Source: a bacterium
GTDB lineage: Bacteria; Bacillota; Clostridia; Christensenellales; CAG-138
Direction: 5' to 3'
Assembly (NCBI GenBank): GCA_022778545.1
Contig: JALFDW010000039.1
Coordinates: 33,216 to 97,215, forward strand
DNA length: 64,000 bases
Shown here one piece after another: positions 9,443 to 17,015 of this stretch. Below the pieces are notes generated by a model. That model ran no database searches, had not been told where the DNA came from, and saw nothing but the letters and a program-made list of their open reading frames with translations. Within the stretch, counting starts at the first letter, position 1. Each line of letters begins with the position of its first letter. The position numbers were made by a program, and so were the translations under genes.

Positions 9443-9518
9443 GCGGGAGTAGCTCATTTGGTAGAGCGCCGCCTTGCCAAGGCGGAGGTGGCGGGTTCGA
9501 GCCCCGTCTCCCGCTCCA
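9443..9518 (+). tRNA. tRNA-Gly (anticodon GCC)
   Basis: Cloverleaf readable. Acceptor GCGGGAG/CTCCCGC, anticodon loop CTTGCCAAG, T-arm GGTTCGAGCCC, encoded CCA. Confidence 0.9.
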
Positions 9519-9522
9519 ATAT

Positions 9523-9598
9523 GCACCCTTAGCTCAGTTGGTAGAGCACCTGACTCTTAATCAGGGTGTCCAGGGTTCGAGCCCCTGAGGGTGTACCA
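9523..9598 (+). tRNA. tRNA-Lys (anticodon CTT)
   Basis: Acceptor GCACCCT/AGGGTGT, anticodon stem-loop CCTGA-CTCTTAA-TCAGG, T-arm GGTTCGAGCCC, encoded CCA. Confidence 0.9.
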
Positions 9599-9605
9599 AA
9601 CAAGA

Positions 9606-9634
9606 AACCAGGTTTTTGCCTGGTTTTTTGTTTT
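9606..9634 (+). terminator. Rho-independent terminator after the tRNA pair
   Basis: Stem AACCAGG/CCTGGTT, loop TTTTTG, followed by a T-run. Confidence 0.7.
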
Positions 9635-9696
9635 ATAGGCCGGTAAAAAAAGAGGGGGGTGAAGGGCCGTCCTCCATATCCCCCTCCGCTTTGCAA

Positions 9697-10635
9697 TCAG
9701 AGCGACATATCGTTGAAATCGTTTGCTTCTTCTTTGGAAGCCACTTCTCCCACGCGCCCGGCCAGCAGATAGCGGTCGTTGATGGGGTCGTAAAAATACT
9801 TCTTAATGAGCCGGAAATTCTCCACGCAGCCCGTGCTCGGCACATGCGTGCGCGGCCCCGTGCACTCATGCATATGCTCGCCGATGGAAATATGCTCCTC
9901 ATCCACATAGGAAATAGGCATATCCTCCGCAATGGCCTCGCGCACACGCTGCTCCAGCGCGTCGATGTCAAACTCCGGCATTTTTCCTTCAAAGGCCAGC
10001 ACGAAGCCGTGCTTTACATCGCTGTGGTAGCAGCGGCGGCAATCCTCCGGCGGCATATAGAACTCGCAAAGGTCCTCCGCCGTGTGCGCCATGCGGCGAT
10101 AGCGGACGGATTTGGAGACGATGTTGTAGATCTCCTGCGGCTGCGGGCCGAAGACCGTCGGGCGCGTGATGATGACTTCCTCGCCCATACCGATGAGAAG
10201 ATGCGCGTTCACCCGCAGGAAGGGATAAATCATGTCGAAATGCTCCACGATGACGCGCTTCCCCTGCTGCACGGCATGAAGAATCGCATCCGCAAGAACG
10301 TGCATCTGCGTGAACGCCGCTTCAAAACGGATATCAAGATGATAGGTGTGCGCGGTGAAGAAGCCGCCCTCGCTGTCCTGATCGAGGATCGGCAGTGGGC
10401 GCATGTTCACCCCGCCATCGTCATTCGTGAGCTCAAGGCCGGGGAACATGCCCTTGATGAGCATGCTTTTGCCGGAGCCCGATTCGCCGATGATGCCGAT
10501 GAGCTTATCGAACGGGCTTAAATACATCTGCGCGATCTGAATGCCCAGATCGTAAATGCGGTCGCGCCCGCGGGGCGCAAAGAACACGCTGTACAGGTGA
10601 TTGTTAAGCATTCTTGCGGAATAGGACATACGCAC
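9697..10635 (-). CDS. P-loop ATP-binding protein of unknown function, with a possible C-terminal AlaX/tRNA_SAD-like metal motif
   Basis: 312 aa. Walker A GIIGESGSGKS (Opp/Dpp style) but no ABC signature. C-terminal HMHECTGPRTHV resembles the CxxxH zinc motif of tRNA-editing domains; this is a weak recollection. Confidence 0.55.
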   Translation of the reverse strand: MRMSYSARMLNNHLYSVFFAPRGRDRIYDLGIQIAQMYLSPFDKLIGIIGESGSGKSMLIKGMFPGLELTNDDGGVNMRPLPILDQDSEGGFFTAHTYHLDIRFEAAFTQMHVLADAILHAVQQGKRVIVEHFDMIYPFLRVNAHLLIGMGEEVIITRPTVFGPQPQEIYNIVSKSVRYRRMAHTAEDLCEFYMPPEDCRRCYHSDVKHGFVLAFEGKMPEFDIDALEQRVREAIAEDMPISYVDEEHISIGEHMHECTGPRTHVPSTGCVENFRLIKKYFYDPINDRYLLAGRVGEVASKEEANDFNDMSL

Positions 10636-10816
10636 CTCCGGCGAAACTAAATTGTTTTATATTATATTGGAAAGTATATCACATCCCGCAGCCATGCAAA
10701 AGCATTGTTCCGCTTGGAACATGAAAAACAGGGAATGCCATGCCCAAATAGAGCGCCCCATATGCATGCCTGTGAAGCTGCTGCACGGGGCGCCCCGAAT
10801 ACGTTTGGAAGCTGAA

Positions 10817-11335
10817 TCAGGCCGCACCGTCTTCGCCGCCAAAGTGCGTCGAAAAGAATGAGACGAACGAATCCCTGCAACCTGCGGTAAGCCGGTACTC
10901 CTTACCATCCAGATACACATGCCCGTTGCTGCCCACGCCGAAGGCACGGAGTTTGTTCGCGCCTGGGTCGTTTGGATAAACGCTGTATAGGGTGATGCCA
11001 TCCAACACTATGGAATGCGACAAGCCGACATAAGTCACATTTGCCGTCCGGAGCGCTTGCGCCAGCTCGTTCAGCACCGCAGCGTCGGTAATCGTCACGG
11101 CATCCGCGTTCGTTTCCCCGCTGACCTCCACAATTGCGGATGAAATGCTGAATTCATCCGCGTCAGGCGAGATGAGCGCACAAAGCTCCTTCGGCATGAA
11201 GAATACGATCGCACATGCAACGGCAGCAACGGCAGCCAGCACAAAAACGATTTTCCACTTTCGCGGCATTGTGTTTTTTCTTTCTTTCTGCAGCGTTTTC
11301 ATTTTATGTGTCTTTGACGTATCCGGCGTATTCAT
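10817..11335 (-). CDS. Hypothetical membrane-anchored protein
   Basis: One N-terminal TM helix (KIVFVLAAVAAVACAIVFF). The start is uncertain; internal ATGs at 11302 and 11269 are possible. Confidence 0.5.
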   Translation of the reverse strand: MNTPDTSKTHKMKTLQKERKNTMPRKWKIVFVLAAVAAVACAIVFFMPKELCALISPDADEFSISSAIVEVSGETNADAVTITDAAVLNELAQALRTANVTYVGLSHSIVLDGITLYSVYPNDPGANKLRAFGVGSNGHVYLDGKEYRLTAGCRDSFVSFFSTHFGGEDGAA

Positions 11336-11355
11336 TAATAGAGTATTTTTCTATA

Positions 11356-11401
11356 TTATATAATTAATTCCATCTTTATTATATAATTAATTCTATCTTT
11401 A
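11356..11401. repeat. 2 x 23-bp AT-rich tandem repeat
   Basis: TTATATAATTAATTCCATCTTTA followed by TTATATAATTAATTCTATCTTTA (1 mismatch). Lies upstream of the citramalate-lyase operon. Confidence 0.9.
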
Positions 11402-11540
11402 TATTGTAACTAAAATGTTAATAAAAATAATTAAGTCGGCAATGAATGCTCACAATCCCTCAAACAGTTTTACGAGGCGAAGAAATATATTGCTTCTATG
11501 GATATACCTGTATACTTTCCGTTTTTGCGCCCGGCAGCGG

Positions 11541-11569
11541 TTGAAACGGCATTTCACAGGGTATATAAT
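11541..11569 (+). promoter_or_regulatory. Promoter of the citE-citF-hydratase operon
   Basis: TTGAAA (11541-11546), 17-nt spacer, TATAAT (11564-11569). A TGTATAC motif lies at 11509-11515 upstream. Confidence 0.55.
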
Positions 11570-11657
11570 AGGCATGAAAGAGACGCCGCGGGGCGTTGTT
11601 TTGTGTGCCCGCATTTTTGACGCGCTTTACCGCGGCTTTGCGAAAGGAGAAACGTTT

Positions 11658-12527
11658 ATGAGGAGATCCATGCTGTTCCTGCCCGGCAACACGCCGAACA
11701 TCATCATCAACGGCGATGCACTGGGCGCTGACTGCATCATACTCGACTTGGAGGACGCCGTTGCGCCCGATCAGAAGGACGCCGCGCGTCTGCTCGTCTG
11801 CAATGCCATCGGCGAGATGGGCTTTGAAGGATGCGAGGTGACCGTGCGCATCAATTCGCTCGATACCGCCTACTGGAAGGATGATCTTGATGCGATCATT
11901 CCCCTTCGCCCGGATATGATCATGCCTGCGAAGGTGAGCCGCGCCGCCGACATTGAGACGCTCGACGCTTATATTTCCGCCCTTGAGGACAAGCACGGCA
12001 TGGAGCGCAACACCGTGAAGCTGATCCCGCTCATCGAAACCGCGCTCGGCGTGGAAAACGCCTTTTCCATCGCCTCCGCAAGCCCGCGTGTGACCGCGCT
12101 GTTTTTAGGCGGCGAGGACCTGAGCGCGGACCTGCGCTGCAAGCGCACCAAAGGCGGCGAAGAGATCCGCTACGCCCGCGGCCGGATGGTGATGGCGGCG
12201 CGCGCAGCCGGCATCGACGTATACGACACGCCGTTTACCGACGTGAACGACGATGAAGGGGCACTTGCGGACGCGCAGTTCGCAAAGAGCCTCGGTTTCT
12301 CCGGAAAGGCTGCGATCTCCCCGCGGCATGTGCCGCTCATCAACGAGGCCTTCAGCCCCACGGCGGACGAAATCGAATATGCGACCGAGGTCTTTGCCGC
12401 CATCGAACAGGCAAAGCTTCAGGGACGCGGCGCAATCTCCCTGCGCGGCAAGATGATCGACGCCCCCATCGTGGAACGCGCACGGCAGACGCTTGAAGCG
12501 GCACGCCAGCTCGGGCTTGCCCAATAA
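11658..12527 (+). CDS. citE: CitE-like lyase beta subunit (HpcH/HpaI aldolase/citrate lyase family); by context the citramalate/citramalyl-CoA lyase
   Basis: MRRSMLFLPGNTPNIIINGDALGADCIILDLEDAV is the typical CitE N-terminus. AAGGAGA lies 7 nt upstream of ATG 11658. Confidence 0.85.
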   Translation: MRRSMLFLPGNTPNIIINGDALGADCIILDLEDAVAPDQKDAARLLVCNAIGEMGFEGCEVTVRINSLDTAYWKDDLDAIIPLRPDMIMPAKVSRAADIETLDAYISALEDKHGMERNTVKLIPLIETALGVENAFSIASASPRVTALFLGGEDLSADLRCKRTKGGEEIRYARGRMVMAARAAGIDVYDTPFTDVNDDEGALADAQFAKSLGFSGKAAISPRHVPLINEAFSPTADEIEYATEVFAAIEQAKLQGRGAISLRGKMIDAPIVERARQTLEAARQLGLAQ

Positions 12528-12539
12528 GGAGGAACAACA

Positions 12540-13952
12540 ATGAACAAGCTTACTTCTTCTCTTTCCGAAGCCATCCGCAACAGCGGCCTTCAGAGCGGCA
12601 TGACCGTTTCCTTCCACCATCACCTGCGCAACGGTGACCATGTGCTCAACATGGTGATGGCAGAGATCGCCGCCCTCGGCATCGAGGGGCTCACGGTGAA
12701 CGCAAGCTCCCTCTTTGATGTGCACGCCCCGCTCGCGGAGCACATCCGCCGCGGCGTTGTGCGCAAGCTGCAGACGAACTACATGTCCGGCGCGCTTGGC
12801 CGCTTCATCTCCGAAGGCAACATGGAAGAGCCCGTCGAATTCCGCACCCATGGCGGCCGCCCGCGGGACGTCGCAGCAGGCATCACCCCCATCGACGTGG
12901 CGTTCATCGCGGCCCCTGCCAGCGACCCGATGGGCAACTGCTCCGGCAAGCTTGGCCGCTCGGCCTGCGGTTCGCTCGGCTATGCCGTGCCCGACGCCAT
13001 GCATGCAAAGCATGTGATCGTCATCACGGATGATCTCCATCCCTACCCGCTCATCGACTGGTCCATCCCCGAGACGCAGGTGGATCAGGTGGTCGTCGTC
13101 GATTCCATCGGAGACCCGAAGGGCATCGTTTCCGGCACAACGAAGATCACGCGCGACCCCGTCGGCCTTGCCATGGCAAACGAAGCGGTACGCGTCATCC
13201 GCGCCTCCGGACTTCTCAAGGACGGCTTCTCCTTCCAGACTGGCGCGGGCGGCGCATCCCTTGCCGCCGCAAAGTTCCTGAAAGACGTTATGTTAAAGGA
13301 AAACATCCATGGCAGCTTTGGCCTCGGCGGCATCACCGGTTACCTTGTGGATATGCTCAACGAGGGCTGCTTCGAATCGCTCATGGATGTGCAGTGCTTC
13401 GACCTGAAGGCTGTGGAATCCATCCGTGACAACCCGCGCCACCAGGAGATCTCCGCCACGCATTACGCCTCGCCCGATGCAAAGAGCGCCGTTGTGGACA
13501 ACCTTGATGTCGTCATCCTCGGCGCAACAGAAGTCGACACGGACTTCAACGTGAACGTGCATACGGATTCCTCCGGCTCCATCATGGGCGGCAGCGGCGG
13601 CCACAGCGATACCGCCGCAGGCGCAAAGCTCGCGATGATTATCGCGCCGCTTTCCCGCGCACGCCTGCCCATCGTGACGGATCACGTCACCTGCGTTTCC
13701 ACCCCCGGCAGCACGATCGACGTGCTCGTGACGCAGAAGGGCGTCGCCGTGAACCCTGCAAAGCCGGAGCTTCGCCAGCGCCTTGTGGATGCCGGCGTGA
13801 ACGTGAAGGATATCCACGAGCTCAAGGCGCTTGCGGAACGCATCAGCGGCGTTCCCGGAAAGCCCGCGCGCGGAGAGCGCACGGTCGCAAAAGTCATCTA
13901 CCGCGACGGCACGCCGCTCGATGAGATTAAGAACGTGCCCGCAATGGAATAA
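12540..13952 (+). CDS. citF: CitF-like citrate lyase alpha subunit / CoA-transferase; by context citramalate lyase alpha
   Basis: 470 aa. Long collinear similarity to my recollection of E. coli CitF (SGLQ-GMTVSFHHH, GGASLA, NVNV, SGGH-DTA, VTQKGVAVNPA-PEL). Confidence 0.85.
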   Translation: MNKLTSSLSEAIRNSGLQSGMTVSFHHHLRNGDHVLNMVMAEIAALGIEGLTVNASSLFDVHAPLAEHIRRGVVRKLQTNYMSGALGRFISEGNMEEPVEFRTHGGRPRDVAAGITPIDVAFIAAPASDPMGNCSGKLGRSACGSLGYAVPDAMHAKHVIVITDDLHPYPLIDWSIPETQVDQVVVVDSIGDPKGIVSGTTKITRDPVGLAMANEAVRVIRASGLLKDGFSFQTGAGGASLAAAKFLKDVMLKENIHGSFGLGGITGYLVDMLNEGCFESLMDVQCFDLKAVESIRDNPRHQEISATHYASPDAKSAVVDNLDVVILGATEVDTDFNVNVHTDSSGSIMGGSGGHSDTAAGAKLAMIIAPLSRARLPIVTDHVTCVSTPGSTIDVLVTQKGVAVNPAKPELRQRLVDAGVNVKDIHELKALAERISGVPGKPARGERTVAKVIYRDGTPLDEIKNVPAME

Positions 13953-13965
13953 GAGGAGATTTGCC

Positions 13966-14805
13966 ATGAGAGAGATCCAGGCTTCCGCCATCACGGAAGT
14001 TGTAAAGCGCCTCTGCATTGAGGCGAACTGCCACCTGCCCAAAGACATGCAGGAACGCATCACGGAGGCGCGCGCCGCGGAAAACTGGCCCGGCGCATGC
14101 GAGATTCTGGACAGGATCATCGAAAACTACACCATAGCGGACGAACGGAACGTCCCCATCTGCCAGGACACCGGCGTGGCCTGTGTGTTCCTTGAAATCG
14201 GGCAGGAAGTCCACGTTTCCGGCAGCATTGAAGATGCCGTGAACGAGGGCGTCCGGCAGGGATATGCGGAAGGCTACCTGCGCAAATCCGTCGTGCGCGA
14301 CCCGCTCAACCGCGTGAACACCGGCGACAATACGCCCGCCATGATCTATTACGACCTTGTGCCCGGCGACGCGCTCCGCATCACCGTCGCCCCCAAGGGA
14401 TTCGGCAGCGAGAACATGAGCCAACTCAAAATGCTCAAGCCCTCCGACGGCGTGGAAGGCGCGAAGGAGTTCATCGTCCGCGTGGTGGAAGAAGCAGGCC
14501 CCAACCCCTGCCCGCCCATCGTGGTCGGCGTCGGCATCGGCGGCACGTTCGACAAATGCGCCCTGCTTGCAAAGAAGGCGCTCATGCGCAGCACAGGCGA
14601 GCGCAATCCCGCCCCCTATTACGCCGCGCTCGAAGCGGAGCTGCTTGCGCGCATCAACGCCCTTGGCGTAGGGCCGCAGGGTTTCGGAGGAAAAACGACG
14701 GCGCTTGCCGTGAACATCGAAACGGCCCCGACGCACATCGCCGGGCTCCCCGTTGCGGTGAACATCAACTGCCACGTTACGCGGCATAAAAGCGAGGTGC
14801 TTTAA
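13966..14805 (+). CDS. Fe-S hydro-lyase alpha subunit (class I fumarate/tartrate hydratase family); mesaconase candidate
   Basis: 279 aa. ICQDTGVA motif. SD AGAGGAGA upstream of ATG 13966. Confidence 0.85.
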   Translation: MREIQASAITEVVKRLCIEANCHLPKDMQERITEARAAENWPGACEILDRIIENYTIADERNVPICQDTGVACVFLEIGQEVHVSGSIEDAVNEGVRQGYAEGYLRKSVVRDPLNRVNTGDNTPAMIYYDLVPGDALRITVAPKGFGSENMSQLKMLKPSDGVEGAKEFIVRVVEEAGPNPCPPIVVGVGIGGTFDKCALLAKKALMRSTGERNPAPYYAALEAELLARINALGVGPQGFGGKTTALAVNIETAPTHIAGLPVAVNINCHVTRHKSEVL

Positions 14806-14807
14806 TT

Positions 14808-15368
14808 ATGGCGGCAAAACGAATTGAAACGCCCCTCACGGAGGAGAAGGCCCGCGCGCTCAGGAGCGGGGACAGCGTGCTGCTTTCCGGCACGATCTAT
14901 ACGGCCCGCGATGCGGCGCACAAGCGTATCGTGGAAGCGATGGAAAAAGGCGAACCCCTTCCCTTTGACCCGGAAAACGCCGTGATCTATTATGTCGGCC
15001 CAACGCCCGCGAGGCCGGGCCAGGCCATCGGCTCCGCAGGGCCGACGACGAGCTACCGCATGGACGCATACTCCCCCGCGCTCATCGCCCGCGGCCAGCG
15101 CGGCATGATCGGCAAGGGTAAGCGCGGCCCCGCCGTAGTGGAAGCCATGAAGCAGCATGGCGCGGTCTACTTCGGCGCCATCGGCGGCGCGGGCGCTCTG
15201 CTTTCCAAATGCGTGCGTTCGGCAGAGGTCATCGCCTATGATGACTTGGGCGCGGAAGCCGTGCGCAGGCTCACTGTGGAGAATCTGCCTCTGACCGTCG
15301 TCATCGACTGTGAAGGCAACAACCTCTATGAAACCGGCCGGAAGGCATATCTCGCTTCGCAAAAGTAA
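14808..15368 (+). CDS. Fe-S hydro-lyase beta subunit (class I fumarate hydratase C-terminal domain family)
   Basis: 186 aa. GTIYTARDAAHKR and GPTTSYRMD motifs. 2-nt gap after the alpha subunit. Confidence 0.85.
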   Translation: MAAKRIETPLTEEKARALRSGDSVLLSGTIYTARDAAHKRIVEAMEKGEPLPFDPENAVIYYVGPTPARPGQAIGSAGPTTSYRMDAYSPALIARGQRGMIGKGKRGPAVVEAMKQHGAVYFGAIGGAGALLSKCVRSAEVIAYDDLGAEAVRRLTVENLPLTVVIDCEGNNLYETGRKAYLASQK

Positions 15369-15383
15369 ACCGGGATCCCGCTG

Positions 15384-15427
15384 TTGACACATGTGGTTCA
15401 TTTTGTCATAATTGTACTATGGTACAA
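15384..15427 (+). promoter_or_regulatory. gntR promoter with an overlapping palindromic operator
   Basis: TTGACA (15384-15389), 17-nt spacer, CATAAT (15407-15412). The palindrome TTGTAC-TATG-GTACAA (15412-15427) covers the expected TSS. Confidence 0.55.
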
Positions 15428-15450
15428 GCTTGTATGACGAGGTGAACCAC

Positions 15451-16404
15451 ATGTTTTTTGCTGTTGACACAAAAAGCGACGTTGCGATCTACCAGCAGAT
15501 CGTGAACGCCATGTGCGCGGACATCCGCGCCGGGCGCCTGTCCTATGGCGCGCAGCTTCCGACCGTGCGCGCGCTCGCAGATGAGCTCGGCCTTGCGCGC
15601 GGCACGATCAAACGCGCTTACGACGAGCTGGGCAAGCTCGGCATGATCGAGATGACGCAGGGCAAAGGCACCTTCGTTTGCTACCGGGCGGAACAGGCTG
15701 ACAGCCGCAAGGAGCGCGCCATGCAGGCCATCGACACGCTGATCACCACGCTCGAATCGCTTTCGTTCACCCCGGCGGAAATGTCCATCTTTTTTGATTT
15801 GAAGCTGCGGCAGCTCACCAGCCGGGATTGCGATGTGCGCGTAGCCGTTGCAGGCGGCCCGGCGGAGCTGCTTTCCGTCATGGCGGATCAGCTTTATGAA
15901 CTGGGCGGCGTGAACGTATATCAATATGAAGATGCGCTCCCCGCGGACGGCAGCGTGGATCTCACCGTGCTGCGCGCAGGCTGGCACATGATGCACCCCG
16001 AGGAAGGAAGCGGCATGTTTCTCCGCGCCGCAGTCTCCATCACACCGGAAACCGTGGCGCGCCTTGCCCGCCTTGTACCGGGCTGCGCTGCTGCCGCCAT
16101 TGCAAAAAGCGAGGAATACCTTGACCTGATGCGAAAGAGCTTCCGGGATTTTGCGCCGGAAGTGCGCCCTTTGTGCCTGCTTGCAGATGAGCTTTCCGCC
16201 GGTGCTCTCTCCAGCATGGAGGCAGTCTTTGTGCCCGCAGGCTTTGAGCGGCTGTTTTCCCCGCAGGCTGTGGAGGTGCTCAGTGCCTATTCCGCCGCAC
16301 ATCCGCTGCATGAGCATCTGCACCGGATCGACAACGGCTCCATGCTGAACGTCCGCGAGGCTGTCACCCGCCTGCAAACCCAGCGCCGCCGCGGGATGAT
16401 CTGA
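15451..16404 (+). CDS. GntR family transcriptional regulator with a large (~250 aa) C-terminal ligand-binding-like domain
   Basis: N-terminal wHTH (IYQQIVNAMCADIRAGRLSYGAQLPTVRALADELGLARGTIKRAYDEL). ATG 15451 is preceded by GAGGTG. Confidence 0.85.
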   Translation: MFFAVDTKSDVAIYQQIVNAMCADIRAGRLSYGAQLPTVRALADELGLARGTIKRAYDELGKLGMIEMTQGKGTFVCYRAEQADSRKERAMQAIDTLITTLESLSFTPAEMSIFFDLKLRQLTSRDCDVRVAVAGGPAELLSVMADQLYELGGVNVYQYEDALPADGSVDLTVLRAGWHMMHPEEGSGMFLRAAVSITPETVARLARLVPGCAAAAIAKSEEYLDLMRKSFRDFAPEVRPLCLLADELSAGALSSMEAVFVPAGFERLFSPQAVEVLSAYSAAHPLHEHLHRIDNGSMLNVREAVTRLQTQRRRGMI

Positions 16405-16440
16405 ACGTTTTTCCGGTTTCGCACGGTTTCTGCCATACTG

Positions 16441-16466
16441 ACGCGCCTGTCGGCGCGTTTTTTATT
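16441..16466 (+). terminator. Rho-independent terminator after gntR
   Basis: Stem ACGCGCC/GGCGCGT, loop TGTC, followed by TTTTTTATT. Confidence 0.7.
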
Positions 16467-16473
16467 GATCCGC

Positions 16474-16521
16474 ATGTATACAAGCATACATATTGACAAA
16501 TGGCATAATACAATATAGTAT
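16474..16521 (+). promoter_or_regulatory. Glutamate mutase operon promoter with an abutting inverted repeat
   Basis: The inverted repeat ATGTATAC-AA-GCATACAT (16474-16491) lies immediately 5' of TTGACA (16493-16498), followed by a 17-nt spacer and TAGTAT (16516-16521). Confidence 0.5.
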
Positions 16522-16581
16522 ATTGAATTAGAACAAGGCACTATTTATGAAACAGAAAATAGGAATTGTGAGGACGAAAAA

Positions 16582-17001
16582 ATGAGCAACCAGAAAAAGC
16601 TTGTCATCGGCGTAATCGGCGCGGATGTACACGCTGTCGGCAACAAGATCCTTTACCATGCGTTCACGGACGCAGGGTTCGAGGTCATCAACCTCGGCGT
16701 AATGGTTTCCCAGGAAGAATACATCGCGGCCGCGATCGAATCCAACGCGGATGCGATCGTCATCTCCTCGCTGTATGGCCAGGGCGAGCTGGACTGCCGC
16801 GGCATGCGCGAAAAGTGCGATGAAGCGGGCCTTGAAGGCATCCTGCTTTACGTTGGCGGCAACATCGTGATCGGCAAACAGCCGTTTGATGAAGTCGAAA
16901 AGCGTTTCAAAGCTATGGGCTTTAACCGCGCCTTCCCGCCGGGCACCCCGCCGGAGACCACCATCGAAGCGCTCAAGGAAGACCTGCACGTAGAAGACTG
17001 A
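16582..17001 (+). CDS. glmS: Glutamate mutase sigma (B12-binding) subunit
   Basis: 139 aa. The DxHxxG cobalamin motif is visible as [10 protein letters not shown]. Strong resemblance to clostridial MutS/GlmS. Confidence 0.92.
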   Translation: MSNQKKLVIGVIGADVHAVGNKILYHAFTDAGFEVINLGVMVSQEEYIAAAIESNADAIVISSLYGQGELDCRGMREKCDEAGLEGILLYVGGNIVIGKQPFDEVEKRFKAMGFNRAFPPGTPPETTIEALKEDLHVED

Positions 17002-17015
17002 GCCGCAGGGGGACA

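Noticed and set aside
10652-10861. A 69-aa + strand ORF in the intergenic region between the P-loop gene and the membrane-protein gene.
   Set aside because: It has no SD, spans an intergenic terminator/promoter region and the 3' end of a minus-strand gene, and its composition is not protein-like.
9443-11400. A tRNA-adjacent genomic island downstream of tRNA-Lys.
   Set aside because: No integrase or recombinase is present. I did not notice a direct repeat of the tRNA 3' end. Only two hypothetical genes lie there before the AT-rich spacer.
11415-11657. The N-terminal extension of the citE ORF (MLIKIIKSAMNAH...), also checked as a possible CitD-like ACP.
   Set aside because: It is AT-rich, contains the operon promoter (11541-11569), and shows no resemblance to the CitD N-terminus. 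The real start at ATG 11658 has a strong SD.
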